Assembly: GCA_013265495.1 (NCBI GenBank)
Contig: MU058687.1
Span: 1,862,001 to 1,926,000 of the forward strand
From: Vicugna vicugna
Taxonomy: Eukaryota
Reading direction: 5' to 3'
Length of the DNA stretch: 64,000 nt
Position 1 is the stretch's first letter. Every line of letters begins with the position of its first letter. Below the pieces are notes generated by a model. The model worked only from the letters and a program-made list of their open reading frames with translations, was not told where the DNA came from and did not search any database. Positions 12,841 through 25,199 of the stretch are shown in pieces. Position numbers and translations under genes: made by a program.

Positions 12841-15027
12841 CTTTTATTTGTATTTAGATGCCCCAGGAAGATTTTTTAACAAAAGAAAAACTCAAATGAA
12901 TTTGAAATACGGTTAACTTGTCATCATGGTACAATGTATTGAATAGATGTTCTTACTGATGGCAGTTCCCTCACAGCACGAAAAATCTAACTCAGTAAAA
13001 ATATTTTTATTTCCAACAGCTCTTTACTAACAGTGGTTTTCCTCCTCTATTACTCACCCAGTGAACTGGTTTATGGATGGCCAATGTAGAGCCCTTCAGC
13101 CCTCATTCTGATTCCTGGTCTCCTCCCCATCCTGAACTAGGCACCTTTCAAGCACTCTTCAATCTAAGCTCACTTACTGGGATGTAGTGTTCACCACCAG
13201 AAGCCTGGGATAGCCCTTTCCTGCCTCTCTCTTCCCTCCCAGCTGAGCCTCTCTCACAGATTTTAGGACCTCAGATATGGAAATGGTGCTTAAAAGGAAT
13301 GGGTTGCTTTTGAGCCAATGGCACAAGGTAGCCTCTGCTGTACCCTTTGGTTACTTGTTCTTGGAGGGTTCCTGAATGCTCTCCCATGGTGTTAAGACTA
13401 ACCCTCTTTGCCTCCTTCTACTCCCACCCCACTACCCTCTCCCATCTCTCCCCTCCTGCCTCCCCCATACACACTCCACAGTACTGCCCTCCTGGCTGTG
13501 CCCGTGGGTTTGGGTTTTCCTTGGTTCCTCTTCCCTGGTTAGAGATGGAGGAAAGTAAACAGCTCCTTAGTTTCCCTCTCAGGTGGTTTTCAGAGATGAG
13601 GAACATCTCAGCCCACTTTGTCTGTGTGAAAACGCCCCGATCCTCTGCCTCTGAAATCACTTTGTTCTTTGTCAAACCTCTCAGCCAAACACATTCCCTC
13701 CACACAAGACCCCTCGATCACCCACGTATCAGCCGAGTCTGGGACTTTTGGACACATTTTCCTGAAATGGGACATTCCAAGGCATTAGTGTAGAAGGGCT
13801 GGTTAACATTGGCTAAAGCCACCTGGTTCATCTTTTATATCTTGAAAAATAAAGTTCATAAAGGACAAAAATAATACCAGTAAAGTTTACCTAAAAGGTG
13901 AATGTTTCCTGAGAGCATTTGATCTGATTCCTTTTGGCCTCGCTGTGAGGAAATTTCATTTCTCCCACGTCTCTTTAACTATGGTGCAGACAGGTGGAAA
14001 TCAATTGCCAGAGATCCTTTTAATAAAAAGTCCTAAGTAATTTGTCAATTATATTATTTTTCTCCTAATATTGTTTTACATTTAAAGCTTTTGTGATGCA
14101 TGCATATTGAAAGCAGTGTTAACAGGATTGAAAAATCAGTAACAAAACTTGTGACACACAAAAAAATCTGTCTCTAATGAAGTAAATAAGTTGTAAGAGC
14201 TTTTTTTAAGCCTCTCTCTGAGGAAGTATACATTCACATACATCCTTGCAACTGATACATGTTGGTGTTTGTGATGTTTAGATGGCAGTTTTTAGGTCTT
14301 TATTTAGTATATCTAGGCTTACCCTCTGAGCAAAAATACCCTTGTTTTGATCTTGTATGCATGTATAAACTAGTATTTATTGTAGTAATTTTACTTTGAA
14401 AGTGTTCGCAAATGTAAAGTCTTAATGCTAATCTTTGGATCATCAAGGTGTTACTACACCAGCATTCTACAATAGCCCTCCAGGTTGGCCCTTGGGCTCT
14501 GTTCCAGCCTCCTCGCTCCTCAGTCTCTGTTTGCTCACTGCGCCCCAGCCACACTGCTCCATCCCTTGCCTCCAAAGTGCAAACCTTCTAGAGGAGTCCA
14601 GAGTTCTGTGAGTGAGCTCGGATTGAGTAGGCTTCAAGTCACTTTTGTTCTGTGCTATATTTCTAGTACTTGACACCCAACAGGAGACACTCATTAAATA
14701 CTTGTTGAATTTAACAATGAAGGGATAGTAAGACTGAGAAAGACCAAATGCTTTTCTAATTCTCACATATGGACCAATACATGGTACCCAGCTGCTCTGA
14801 TTCCTACCCCGGGGTACTTTCAATAAGACCATCTCAACTCTTGGCGTCAAGGTATTTCCTGTCTCTCAATCTAGACCTGCCCTGGCATTACTGGAGTTTT
14901 TCATTACAAATTACTTAATTTTAACACTTTCCCTTTTCCTTTTGTCCCACTTCAGGATTACAAATCAGTTATTCACTTAGTTTGTGAAGATCATCTTCAT
15001 CGATCATTTTTTCTCTTTTTCTCATAG

Positions 15028-15242
15028 GCGATCTTTGGCAGCCAGACACTACCTAACTCCAGTATGTGGACAATAAATAATGGTGCAGCTTGCAGAATTT
15101 CAAGCGCCACAGCTAGTGGCCAGAAGCCAACTCTGCCACAAAAAGTGGTACCACCTCCAAGTTCTTCCTCCTCCCTAGTCCCCAGACCTCCATCTAATCA
15201 CAAACAAGTCCTCAGAAAGGCAACATCCCAGAGGGCTTCCAA
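15028..15242 (+). CDS. TTLL5: Internal coding exon of TTLL5, C-terminal region (215 bp, phase 0 to 2)
   Basis: Pyrimidine tract and acceptor ttttttctctttttctcatAG (AG 15026-27); donor AA|GTAAGT at 15243. Open frame [71 protein letters not shown](K) matches my recollection of the TTLL5 C-terminus and splices in frame to 34369. Confidence 0.9.
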
Positions 15243-15828
15243 GTAAGTTTCCAGTAATCTTCTGTTCAGTTTCTTCTGAGCTTCTTCACAATTCTGTTTT
15301 AATAGTGCTCTTTGTTTATGGAGGCTCTAGATAATTTTTCCTGAAATGTTGAAAACAAGGAACACCTGATGGGGAATGAAGGCTAACTCTGGTTCTCAGC
15401 CCTGGCTGCAAATTAGAACCACCCAGAGAGCCATTAAAACGTGGTTGATCTCTAGGCTCTACCCTGTGGGAGGGGCAGGCACTGTGCCGTGGGGTTCTGT
15501 TGAGAGCTGCCACTGGCAGGGTTCAGGTCGCTGCTCACCAACTCTTCTGGCCTCTACCGGGAGCCGCAGTTGGACAGTGCACCAGGTGACAGTGCTGACC
15601 GTGTGGGCTTGGAGGGAGGAAATGAAAACTTCCTCCTGGATGTATTCTTCTTTCAGTCATTCTACACAATTAGATCTTTTCCATATAAAGTTCAACACGT
15701 TTCCCTCACCCACACTCTTGCTTGTTCACTTTTAGGTATTTGAAAGGGAAGACAAAAGATTGGGATTTCATAGGAGGGATTAACTTCATTGACATTAGTC
15801 AGCTGGCTCTGTGTAGGAACAATGTTTT

Positions 15829-15942
15829 GGGTTTTTTGTAAATTTTTTATTGAAGTGTAGTTGGTTTACAATGTTAGTTTCGGGTGTGCAGTAAAGCAAT
15901 TCAGTTATATGTGTACATGCATACATTTTTTTTTCAGATTCT
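15829..15942 (-). mobile_element. Short 5'-truncated camelid-type L1 3' end
   Basis: ttttttattgaagtgtagttggtttacaatgttagtttc...ttttcagattctt. TSD-like aggaacaatgttt / agaaacaatgttt. Confidence 0.8.
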
Positions 15943-16553
15943 TAGAAACAATGTTTCTAGTACCTGTTGTCTACCTCTTTCACCTCAAAAAAGACATTTC
16001 TGTTCATGAATCACATTTTTTTAGGTCACATCCTTTGCTCTATCTCCAGCCATTTTTCACTAGTAAACCAGAAATAGACTGACAAAGAGTGTTGGTTCTA
16101 GCAGCCCTTCTCTATTTAAAATTGGGAGATTTTTCAAAGATGTCTGGATGAGGCAGGCATTCCCCAATGGATAAACACCTGGAGGAGATTTGTGTATTTC
16201 TTTGCTCTCATTAAGGCTCCTCATTCACTTGTCCTTCACAAAATCAACTTTAGTTGTAAGAAGGAATCCTAGGACATAGAAAAAGCAGTTACTGGTTTTT
16301 TCCCCCCTTGGATAGTGAATCAAATTCGGGATTTGGGTTGAAAACAACCCCTTGTGGTTGTTTTAATTATATGGCTACCATTATTCATTTATCCAGCAGA
16401 TATTTATTCAGTGCCTACTAAATGCCAAGCACTGTTCTAGGAATAATTGGCATTATAATGACTTTAATAGAGTTCTCTGGAACAGTAGGGAAGGGCAATA
16501 GGAAGGCTGTAGTTCATGGATGGAGGCTAATAGCACAGTAAGAAGGAAGCTGT

Positions 16554-16741
16554 CCTGGGTTCAATCTTTAGTATCTCCTTTATTTATTTATTTATTTACT
16601 TATTTATTTACTTATTTATAAATTGAAGTATAGTCAGTTACAATATGTCAATTTCTAGTGTACAGCACAATGTCTCAGTCATGCATATACATAAATATAT
16701 TTGTTTTCATATTCTAAAAAAAATTTTTTTTAATTAAAAAA
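16554..16741. mobile_element. Composite: truncated Vic-1-like SINE piece (+) and antisense L1 3' end inside one TSD
   Basis: cctgggttcaatc..agtatctcc, then (TTTA)n and attgaagtatagtcagttacaat...ttttcatattct. TSD agtaagaaggaagctgt (16537-53) / agttagaaggaaactgt (16742-58). Confidence 0.7.
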
Positions 16742-16789
16742 AGTTAGAAGGAAACTGTATGGCCCCTCACCCTAGAAGCCTTAAAGACA

Positions 16790-17030
16790 CAGCCCTCAGA
16801 GCCAGGCTGCCTGTATCACATTCCCCCTCCACACTGTACTGACTCCAGATTGTTGACAAGTTACAGATTACTTAAACTCTTGGCTTCAATTTTCTTATTT
16901 GTGAAGTGGGGATAATAAAGAGTATCTGCTTCATAGGACAGTTGATAAATATTGGCAGAGCTGATACATGTATAGTACATAGAACAAGACCTAGCACACG
17001 TAAGAACTCAATAAGCCTTAGTAACCATGG
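16790..17030 (+). mobile_element. MIR SINE
   Basis: gagccaggctgcctg...ttacttaaactc...gtggggataata...tagaacaagacctagcacacgtaagaactcaataa. Confidence 0.8.
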
Positions 17031-17744
17031 TAAGCATTCCAAAACCACACTCTGCTTCCCAGATTTGAGAAGCTAAGTAGGGAAATCAGGGAGTTGGTTA
17101 TGAATGTCAAACTTGCCGGTGGGCTCCTCGTTTGTGGATTCTCCGATTATTGCCAACACCCTGAAGTGGCCCGTGGTGGCCCCTGTGCCTAGCTGGTCTG
17201 CTGGTGGAGAGGGGGGCTCCATCAGCAGGCAGCAAGGCTGGACATTTGAAGAGACTGCTCACTGCCCTGAACTCACTGCTGGCAGCCGAGTTCTTCAGCC
17301 TTCTGAGATAGAATCGCAGCTCCACAGACAGACTTTGCTTTGCTGCATTTTTGTGGTTTCTTCTCTCTGACAGGCAGGAGTGTGGGAAAACCGGAAACAG
17401 CTCAGCACCAAAAATGCATAAAAAGGGGGGAAAAAAAAGCAAGATTTCTTCAGAATTTAAGAAATATAATCCAAGTATCAAAAGGCATGCTGTGAGGCGT
17501 TGTTCCAGGAAATAGTTTCCAATTTGCCTTTAAAACTCTAGCACAAGTCTCTGAAGCTAAATAAGTTAGCACTAATGGAGACCTTAACATTCTCTCCCTT
17601 ACATGTACAATGTACAGTGTCATGAGAGCCCCACTGTTTTCAATATTCTTCTAACTTTTAGGAAAAAGAATAGCATTGTTTTCATCTGAACCAACTCAAT
17701 GCAAAGCTCCCTCTGGGAAGTACCCAGATAAATTTTTTTAAATA

Positions 17745-17930
17745 ATCTTTTTATTTAGAATTATTTTGGATTTACAGAAAAGTTGTAAAGATAGTACACA
17801 TAAAGATAAGCACACTGAGTTTCCCCATTGCTAACAGCTTAACGGCCATGGTACACGTGAAGAATGTACCACACTAAGGACTGCTGTTGGTACATTACTG
17901 TAAACTCACCTCCATACTTTATTTGGATTA
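17745..17930 (-). mobile_element. Old L1 (MC/MD-type) 3' end
   Basis: ttttggatttacagaaaagttgtaaagatagtac...ttccccattgctaaca...ttggtacattact. Confidence 0.6.
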
Positions 17931-18963
17931 ATGAAGTTATTTTTAATATAGGGAAACCTTTCATGGCTCGTGAAATCAGGATCCCAAGTATCAGTTGATA
18001 CACTATTCTTATCGTTCTAAAGTAATTCTTGTTCCTAGCCAGCATAGCAAGTTACTTAACATCTGTGTGACTTAGTTTCTTATTTAAACTAGGGATAATG
18101 ATAATACCTCATGGGATTCCTAAGATGAATAAATGAATTCATGTCAAGTACAAATACAGGGCCTGGTTAATGCTAAGATGGCATTTCAAGAAATTTTCAT
18201 GTAATTTTTTGCTTTCTTCTTACAAGATGTGTTGCTTCATTTGCTTGGAGCTTGTTGTGGCTTTATTCTGGCTCAGTCCAGATTAATCAGGAACCCTCAG
18301 TTATGACTGATCATACTGAGTCACACTCAGGAATGCCATAGCTGTCCCAAGAGACACAACTAATGAGAAGTTGTAATGAGCTTTTGACTGTGCCAAGCCT
18401 TGTGTTTTTGGGTTGAACTTCAAACTTCTCCTAGCACAGAAGTTGGCACTGGACAAATATAGAAGCAATTTCCAAGAGCATCAAAGTTTCCACATCCTAG
18501 AGAGTTGAATTTAGAGAACAATAGAACATAAAAGATGGAATGTCGTTTGGATTTTGGTGCAGAGGGAGTTGAGAATCAGAACAGTGGGGTCCTGTTTCTT
18601 TATGATAATAGTCAAGTTACTTTCCCTCTAAAGGTTTCAATTTCCCATCTGTAGAACAAAAACCACTGTCCCTACTGAATAATTAACTAAAATAACTTGT
18701 TTTCAGTCTATTCTGTTGAAAGCTTTTTTATGAGCACGTTTGTTTTTTAATCCTGATGCTTTACAGCCACTTTCTTCATCCCTTCTTGGTCCAGCAGTGC
18801 TTTGTTATAGTTCCCAAATTCATATACGTATATTTCCTTTCGTTAAATATCATTTGTCAATTCTGTGAAGAGAATGACTTAGAATTTTTTTATTACCTTT
18901 TCCATAGTGCCAATACCCTTTCTTGATTTTCCTCTTGAAGGCTTGCAACACTTCATAATTTAG

Positions 18964-19045
18964 AGCCCACTTCAGAGCCTCCTTTCAAAATTATTTGTGG
19001 CATTTCTTCCAACAGTCAGCTGAGCTAATAAGGATGACAGCCTAG
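18964..19045 (+). CDS. TTLL5: Probable alternative last coding exon of TTLL5: (K)AHFRASFQNYLWHFFQQSAELIRMTA*
   Basis: AG at 18962-63 is phase-compatible with the 15242 donor. The peptide resembles the alternative TTLL5/STAMP ending I recall as NTRFRSSFQNYLWYFFQAVS*. About 0.6 kb of non-repetitive, UTR-like sequence follows. The pyrimidine tract is weak. Confidence 0.6.
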
Positions 19046-20177
19046 GAACAACTGCATGCATGTGAACTGTCTCTTCCTTGTAGAAGACCTCGTTTTTCAG
19101 AGCCAGAATCACACTCTCCAGGAAATATGGAGAAAGAAACCTGAGAAGATTCAAGTTTGCCAGAGACATGGGCTTAAACTCATCGACTGGGGATGAATTT
19201 GGAAGGGCAGGGTCAAAGCTGTTTACCTTGGGATTTCTCTGCAGAAAGAAAACTGTGTAAGAAACACCAGACTGAACTAAAGGGCTTTTCTTTAAATAGC
19301 TGGGATTATCATTCCTTGCCCAGGTTTTAGGATATTTTGTGTCAGGGTGACCTCCGTGGAAATTGAATGCAACTGCTGTTCTGTGTCAGCACCCAGGACA
19401 GTGGTGTTTGCTGACGGCTGTGAGGGATTGGGGGAGAGGAAAGCAATCGAGAGCCCAAGAGTAGTTGAACCAAACACCAATTAATGTGACCTGAACATTT
19501 GGTGATGTCAGTGATATGATGAAGATGCTCAGAGATTAATGTCAAGAAAAATATAAAAATAAGGATCAGGGAAAAAAGTATACTGTATCTTTTTGATATA
19601 TGAATCATTAACATGAAGCAAAGTGATCAGGATTTCTAATGGTCCAAAAGTAGGTTCTTGATCTGAGCACTGAGGATCTAATATTGTAGGTTTACCATCT
19701 TCTATCAGCCTTTCAGCCTTTTATTTTGTGTAATTTCAAGAAATATAACCAAATCTGTAGCACATCCATCCTTAAATATAGGATTTCTGAATTATGCATT
19801 TCCAGAATATATAATCATAGACTTTTAGTGCTGGAAGAGAAAGGCCTGGATGGAGGCACAGTGCAGGGCTTTCAGTGCAGTAAGGTAGGCAGATGATCAG
19901 TGGCAGAACCAAAGCCAGAATTCATATTACCTACTGTGCTAACCCTATTCTCTTCCAACAGCCCACTGATTTCAAAGGCCCCCACCAATCCATTCAAATC
20001 TATTTGGTACAATGAATGGCAGATTAATAATCCTAAAATACTGCCTTTGGAAAAATGGAATGTCAGCACTTAGGAACTCATTTCCTTGCCTTTCTGCACC
20101 AATTTTGCCACTTAAATGGCCAGTGAAATACTCAAAAGGAAGTAGGATTAGTGTCACTGTCATATAGAGGAGATTGG

Positions 20178-22130
20178 AGAATAAATATAACTTAGGGGAT
20201 GAAATACTTGTATGCTGAAAGCTATAAGACACTGATGAAAGAAATTGAAGAAGACACAAATAAATGGAAGGATATTCTGTGCTCATGGATTGCAAGAATT
20301 AATACTGTTAAAATGTCCATACTACCCAAAGCAATCTATAGATTCAGTGCAATCCCTGTCACAATTCCAATGGCATTTTTACAGAAATAGAACAAACAAT
20401 CCTAAAATTTGTATGGAAACACAGAAGGTCCAGAAGGTCCTGAATAACCAAAACAATCTTCAGAAAGCTTAGAGGCATCATGCATCCTTATTTCAAACTA
20501 TATTACAAAATACAATAATCAAAACAGTATGGTATTATCACAAAACAGACACATAGATCAATGGAACAGAATAGAGACCCCAGAAATAAACCCACACGTA
20601 TGTGGTCAGTTAATTCATGACAAAGGAGCCAAGAATATACAAGGAGGAAAGGACAGACTCTTCAATAAATGGTGTTGGGAAAATTGGACAGCCACATGAA
20701 AAAGAATGGAACTGAACTACTGTTTTACACCATACACAGAAATTAACTTAAAATGAATTAAAGACTTAAATGTAAGAACGGAAACCATAAAACTCCTAAA
20801 AGAAACATAGGCAATAATAGCCTTGTCATTGGTCTTGGCAGTGATTTTTTGGATTTGATGCCAAAAACTTAGGCAATAAAAGCAAAAATAAACAATTGGG
20901 AGTACATCAAACTTAAAGATTTCTGCACAGCAAAGAAAACCATCATCAAAATGAAAAGATAACCTACCAAATGGGAGAAAATATTTTCAAATCATATATC
21001 TGATAAGAGGTTAATACCCAAAATATATAAAGAACTCATACAACTCAATGGCAACAACAACAACAACAAAATGTGACTAAAAATGCTCAGAGGAAATGAA
21101 CAGACATTTTTCCAAAGATGGCATACAAATGGCCAACAGATACGTGAAAAAGGTGTGTTTAACATCACTAATCATCAGGGGGATGTAAATTAAAACCACA
21201 AGGAGATATCACCTCATACCTGTTAGAATGGCTGTCATCAAAAAGACAAGAGATAACAAGTATTGGCAAGGATGTGGAGAAAATAAACCCTTATGCACTG
21301 TTGATAGGAATGTAAATTGGCATGGCATCGATAGAAAATAGGAATGTAAATTGGCATGGCATCGATAGAAAACAGTATGGAGCTTCCTCAAAAAATTAAA
21401 GATAGAACTACCATATGACCCAGCAATCCCACTCTTGGGTATATATCCAAAGAAAATGAAAACAGGATATTGAAAAAACATCTGCACTCCCATATTAATT
21501 GCATTATTCACAATAGCCAAGACATGGAAACAACCTACATGTCCCTCAATGGATGGGTAGATAAAGGAGATGTGACATTTATATACAATGGACTATTATT
21601 CAGCCATGAGAAAGAAGGAAATTCTGCCACTTGTAACAATATGGATGGACCTCGAGAGCATTATGCTAAGTGAAATAAGCCAGACAGAGAAAGACAAATA
21701 CTGCACCGTTATGTATGCAGGTTTCATATATATACTTATATATGCAATTTAAAACAATAACAACAACCACATAGAAACAGTGGGAAAGTTGTTGCCAGGG
21801 GCTGGAATGAGGGAAATGAGAAGCTGGTAAAAGGGTACAGAGTTTTTACTATAAGTTAATAACGTCTGAGGATCTAATGTAAAATATGGTGACTATAGTT
21901 GATAACACTGTATTATAACTGAAATTTGCTAAAAGAGTAGAAATTAAATGTTATCACTCAAAAAAAAAGAAGAAAGAAAAAGATAAATCCATGAGGTGAT
22001 AGATATGTTAAATAACTAGAAAGGGGGAATCCTTTTACAATATATACGTATGTTGAATCACCACCATGTACACTTTAAATATCTTATAACTTTATATGTC
22101 AGTTATACCTCAGTAAAGCTGATATACTGA
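20178..22130 (+). mobile_element. 5'-truncated L1: decayed ORF2 C-terminal part and 3' UTR
   Basis: ORF-track peptide [45 protein letters not shown] is L1 ORF2, with multiple stops and frameshifts. The 3' UTR ends ttatacctcagtaaagctg. Confidence 0.95.
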
Positions 22131-22696
22131 AGAAAGTATATCTCAAAAGATATTTGAAATGTAGGCAAAGGTATACTCAAAGGTAAATTCATAAGCTCAG
22201 TTATTTTTATCAGTAAAATATGGAAGGATTGAAATTAACCAAGGTACAAATGGCAAATTAGTTTCAACCAATATACTGGCTTTGGCTGAGTACCTAGAGT
22301 GTCATGTTGGAAAGAATTATGAAGACTTCTTTGAGCTCAGCAAGAAAGAGAGCTATGATAGATTAGTAATGTCTACCACCAACAGGGAAGATGTTGAGAG
22401 TACTGACTATGCACACCACATATTTGTCATACCTGAAGTAAGCTTCCATCTGTAGAAATTAGAAAAGGGTCAGTAAAACAAAGCTAAGAAAAACAGATCA
22501 AAGGAAATTAAGAAGAAAGCAATATAAACTGAAAAGCAAGCAGTGTAAAATTAGTTAAGTTCAGAATCTTATTTAGTTTGGGGTTGAGGGACAGGAAAGG
22601 AGAAAATAAACACAGCTCTGCCAGAAAAATAAGAGAATTAAAAATAAGAAAAACACTTTAAGGTAGATAGAGAGTAAGCCAGAAAGGGTATATCAT

Positions 22697-23047
22697 ACCA
22701 TATGTGGAATCTTAAAAAAAAAAAAAGACACAAATGAACTTACTTAAAAAACAGAGACAGACTCACAGACATAGAAAACAAAATTATGGTTACTTAGGGG
22801 AATGGGGTGGGGGAGGGATAAATTGGGAGTTTGGGATTTGCAGATACTAACTACTATACGTAAAATAGAGAACAAGAAGGTCCTACTGTATAGCACGGTA
22901 AACTATACTTAATACATTGTAATAGCCTATAATGAAAAAGAATATGAAAAGGAATATGTATATATATATGTATAAATGAATCACTATGGTGTACACCAGA
23001 AATTAACACATTATAAACTGACTATACTTCAATTTTTAAAAAAAAAT
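22697..23047 (+). mobile_element. Camelid/cetartiodactyl L1 3' UTR
   Basis: tatgtggaatctt...acaaatgaactta...gactcacagacatagaaaac...aaactgactatacttcaat and A tail. Confidence 0.9.
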
Positions 23048-23984
23048 AGATATGAGACGATTGAAAAATTATGAGAACACTACACATAATTGTATGTGAC
23101 TAAATTTTTAAAACTGGATGAAAGATAATATTTTGAAAACTATGAACTATCAAAATTGAATCTTGGATAAAAAGAAAGTTCAAGTAGAACAAGTATTTAA
23201 ACTATCTAAATTGGTTCTTGAAGACTAGGGTACGTGAGTAGGCCTAGGAAGCAAGTTTAAAATATCTCTCTAAAGTAGTTCTTTGAACCTATTTTCTGAA
23301 ATCTTTGGAGGCTTCCAAGTGCCTGTGAGATAAGGTTAAGAGTCTTTACTCTGGGCATTAAAGCCTCCTGCAGTGTGTCCTCCAACCTGTCTCCACTCTG
23401 CCTCACACTCATGGTTCCGTTCATTGTTCCTACCTGCTCATGTCATGTCCCCTGCTCAGAGTGCCCTTAGCCATCATGAATCTAAGTCCTGCCTTTTATT
23501 CAAGATCAAGGTTTTAATTTATCATGCTGATGCATCTTTACTGACTGTCCCAGTCTCACCTCCTCAGCTGACTTTGCCATCTACCTCCTTGTCTTATTTT
23601 TCCTTTTCATAAGTGTTCTGCTTTCCAGAAGTCTATTAAGGACAGATACTTTCATCCTTGAAGTTATATGTCTTCATCCTTTTATGACATATATGTTGAA
23701 TGTCTGCTGCTATGCATTGCTCCAGATGTTGGTGATAACACCCAGTGGACAAGACAGACGTGAGGCCTATTTTCATGGAGTTTGTTTTTGAGAGAGGAGA
23801 GCTACGTTCAGTGCTCAGCCCCCGACATAGCTTATATTCATCATAAATTCTCAGGAAATGGTAGTGGAGGAGATGGTGTGAAGATGGAAATGGTGAGACA
23901 TCAAAGTGAATGCATCAGGGGTCACTGAATAACAATTATCTCATCGTTAGTTATTTACAACATGTGGAGAAGTGCATGATAAGC

Positions 23985-24200
23985 AGTGGAGCACAATTGC
24001 TGACAGCCTAGAATTTCAAATTAGATTTGAATGCTGGCTTCTTCACTTAATTGACTGTTATTTTGGGATGCATCTGAGCTTCTGTTTTATTTCTCTGTAA
24101 AATATTACCTATATCGTGGAGTTGTTCTTAGGATTAAATGAGATTGTGTTTCCCTGTCATACATCAATTAAGTGTCCATTGCATGCTGGTTGATATAGTA
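23985..24200 (+). mobile_element. MIR SINE (diverged)
   Basis: atttgaatgctggcttcttcactta...tctgtaaaat...gttgttcttaggattaaatgaga. Confidence 0.65.
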
Positions 24201-24672
24201 ATTTGTGCTGCTGCTGTTGTTCCTACTAAAAGAAATCGTATTTTTGTTGTTAGTAAACTGATACTTCTAAGTGTGATTTGGCTCTAGCTAGCAAGGCAAT
24301 GGAAATTGAGACACATTCTGATTTCCTGAACCTTAATAAACTCTAATGACTATTGAAGGCAAAGGCTTAGTTTCAAATAAAATGAAAGGGACCTGCTGAT
24401 CTCCAGTCAAGTTGACTCCTTAAGTTCACACTTAATATTCTCCCCCTCCTTCAAACACACAGCAATGACAGATAAAGCTTAAAGATGAAAAAAGAAATAT
24501 GAGAAACATCTCCTTGGCCCCATAATGTACAGAAATAAGTGACAATTGGTGAATAAGGCTGAAGCAACAAGCTCTCTGAACTCTGCTGTGGAAGCTCCTG
24601 GGGTATATTGGGGCCTAAAAGTGCCCTACTCAAGAGGAGAGGTGAAGCCAGATTCATTAATAGAAAATAAAA

Positions 24673-24892
24673 CAGTGATTTTTCAACTGCGAATGATGTT
24701 GCCCCCCAGAGAACATCTGGCAATGTCTGGAGTCATGTTTGTCATAACTGGGTGGGGGAGGGGTGTTACTATTGGCATCTAGCAAGTGGAGTCTAGGGAT
24801 GCTGCTAAACATCCTGCAGAGCATGGACAGTTCCCCACAGCAAAGAATTATCCAGTCCAAGATGTCAGTAGTACCAAGGTTGAAAAATCCTG
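24673..24892 (+). mobile_element. MER20 hAT-Charlie MITE, full length
   Basis: Terminal inverted repeats cagtgatttttcaac ... gttgaaaaatcctg; internal ggcaatgtctggag, gggatgctgctaaacatcct, caaagaattatcc. Confidence 0.9.
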
Positions 24893-25199
24893 AGCTAAAG
24901 TATGCAAAGAAAGCAGTAGGCTCTCCTGATGGGAGACTGATAAAACTGACGTGGACCACTGGCTGAGGCCGCATCTTTATATATGGACCGTGGGCCTGCA
25001 GAGTTAGAAAGATAATGACACACCCTTGCAACTGTTCATGTCTCAGAACTCACCTGGATTTCTAAATATCACTGAGGCAGAGACACCAGAATACCACTCT
25101 GAAGTCTGGTTCGGGACTGGGGCCAGGGGGACTGGGTGGAGGCAACTATAAAATCTTCGAACAGGGAGGGGTAAACAAGTAGAGAGACGAGGAAAAAAT

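Noticed and set aside
13347..13793. Longest ORF-track entry (148 aa) and other 100-136 aa ORFs
   Set aside because: Several, including this one, start at non-ATG codons. None shows a recognisable domain or convincing splice context, so they are consistent with chance ORFs.
15243..15246. In-frame TAA immediately after the first exon
   Set aside because: It is part of the GTAAGT donor, a common coincidence. It is not evidence of truncation.
20199..20472. ORFs with reverse-transcriptase-like peptides (also 45452-45724, 48839-49150, 49683-49994, 50253-50531)
   Set aside because: Fragments of dead L1 ORF2 with stops and frameshifts; not an intact RT or a novel system.
21304..21371. 34-bp direct repeat of CRISPR-like length
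   Set aside because: Only two adjacent copies, no spacer, and it lies inside a mammalian L1.
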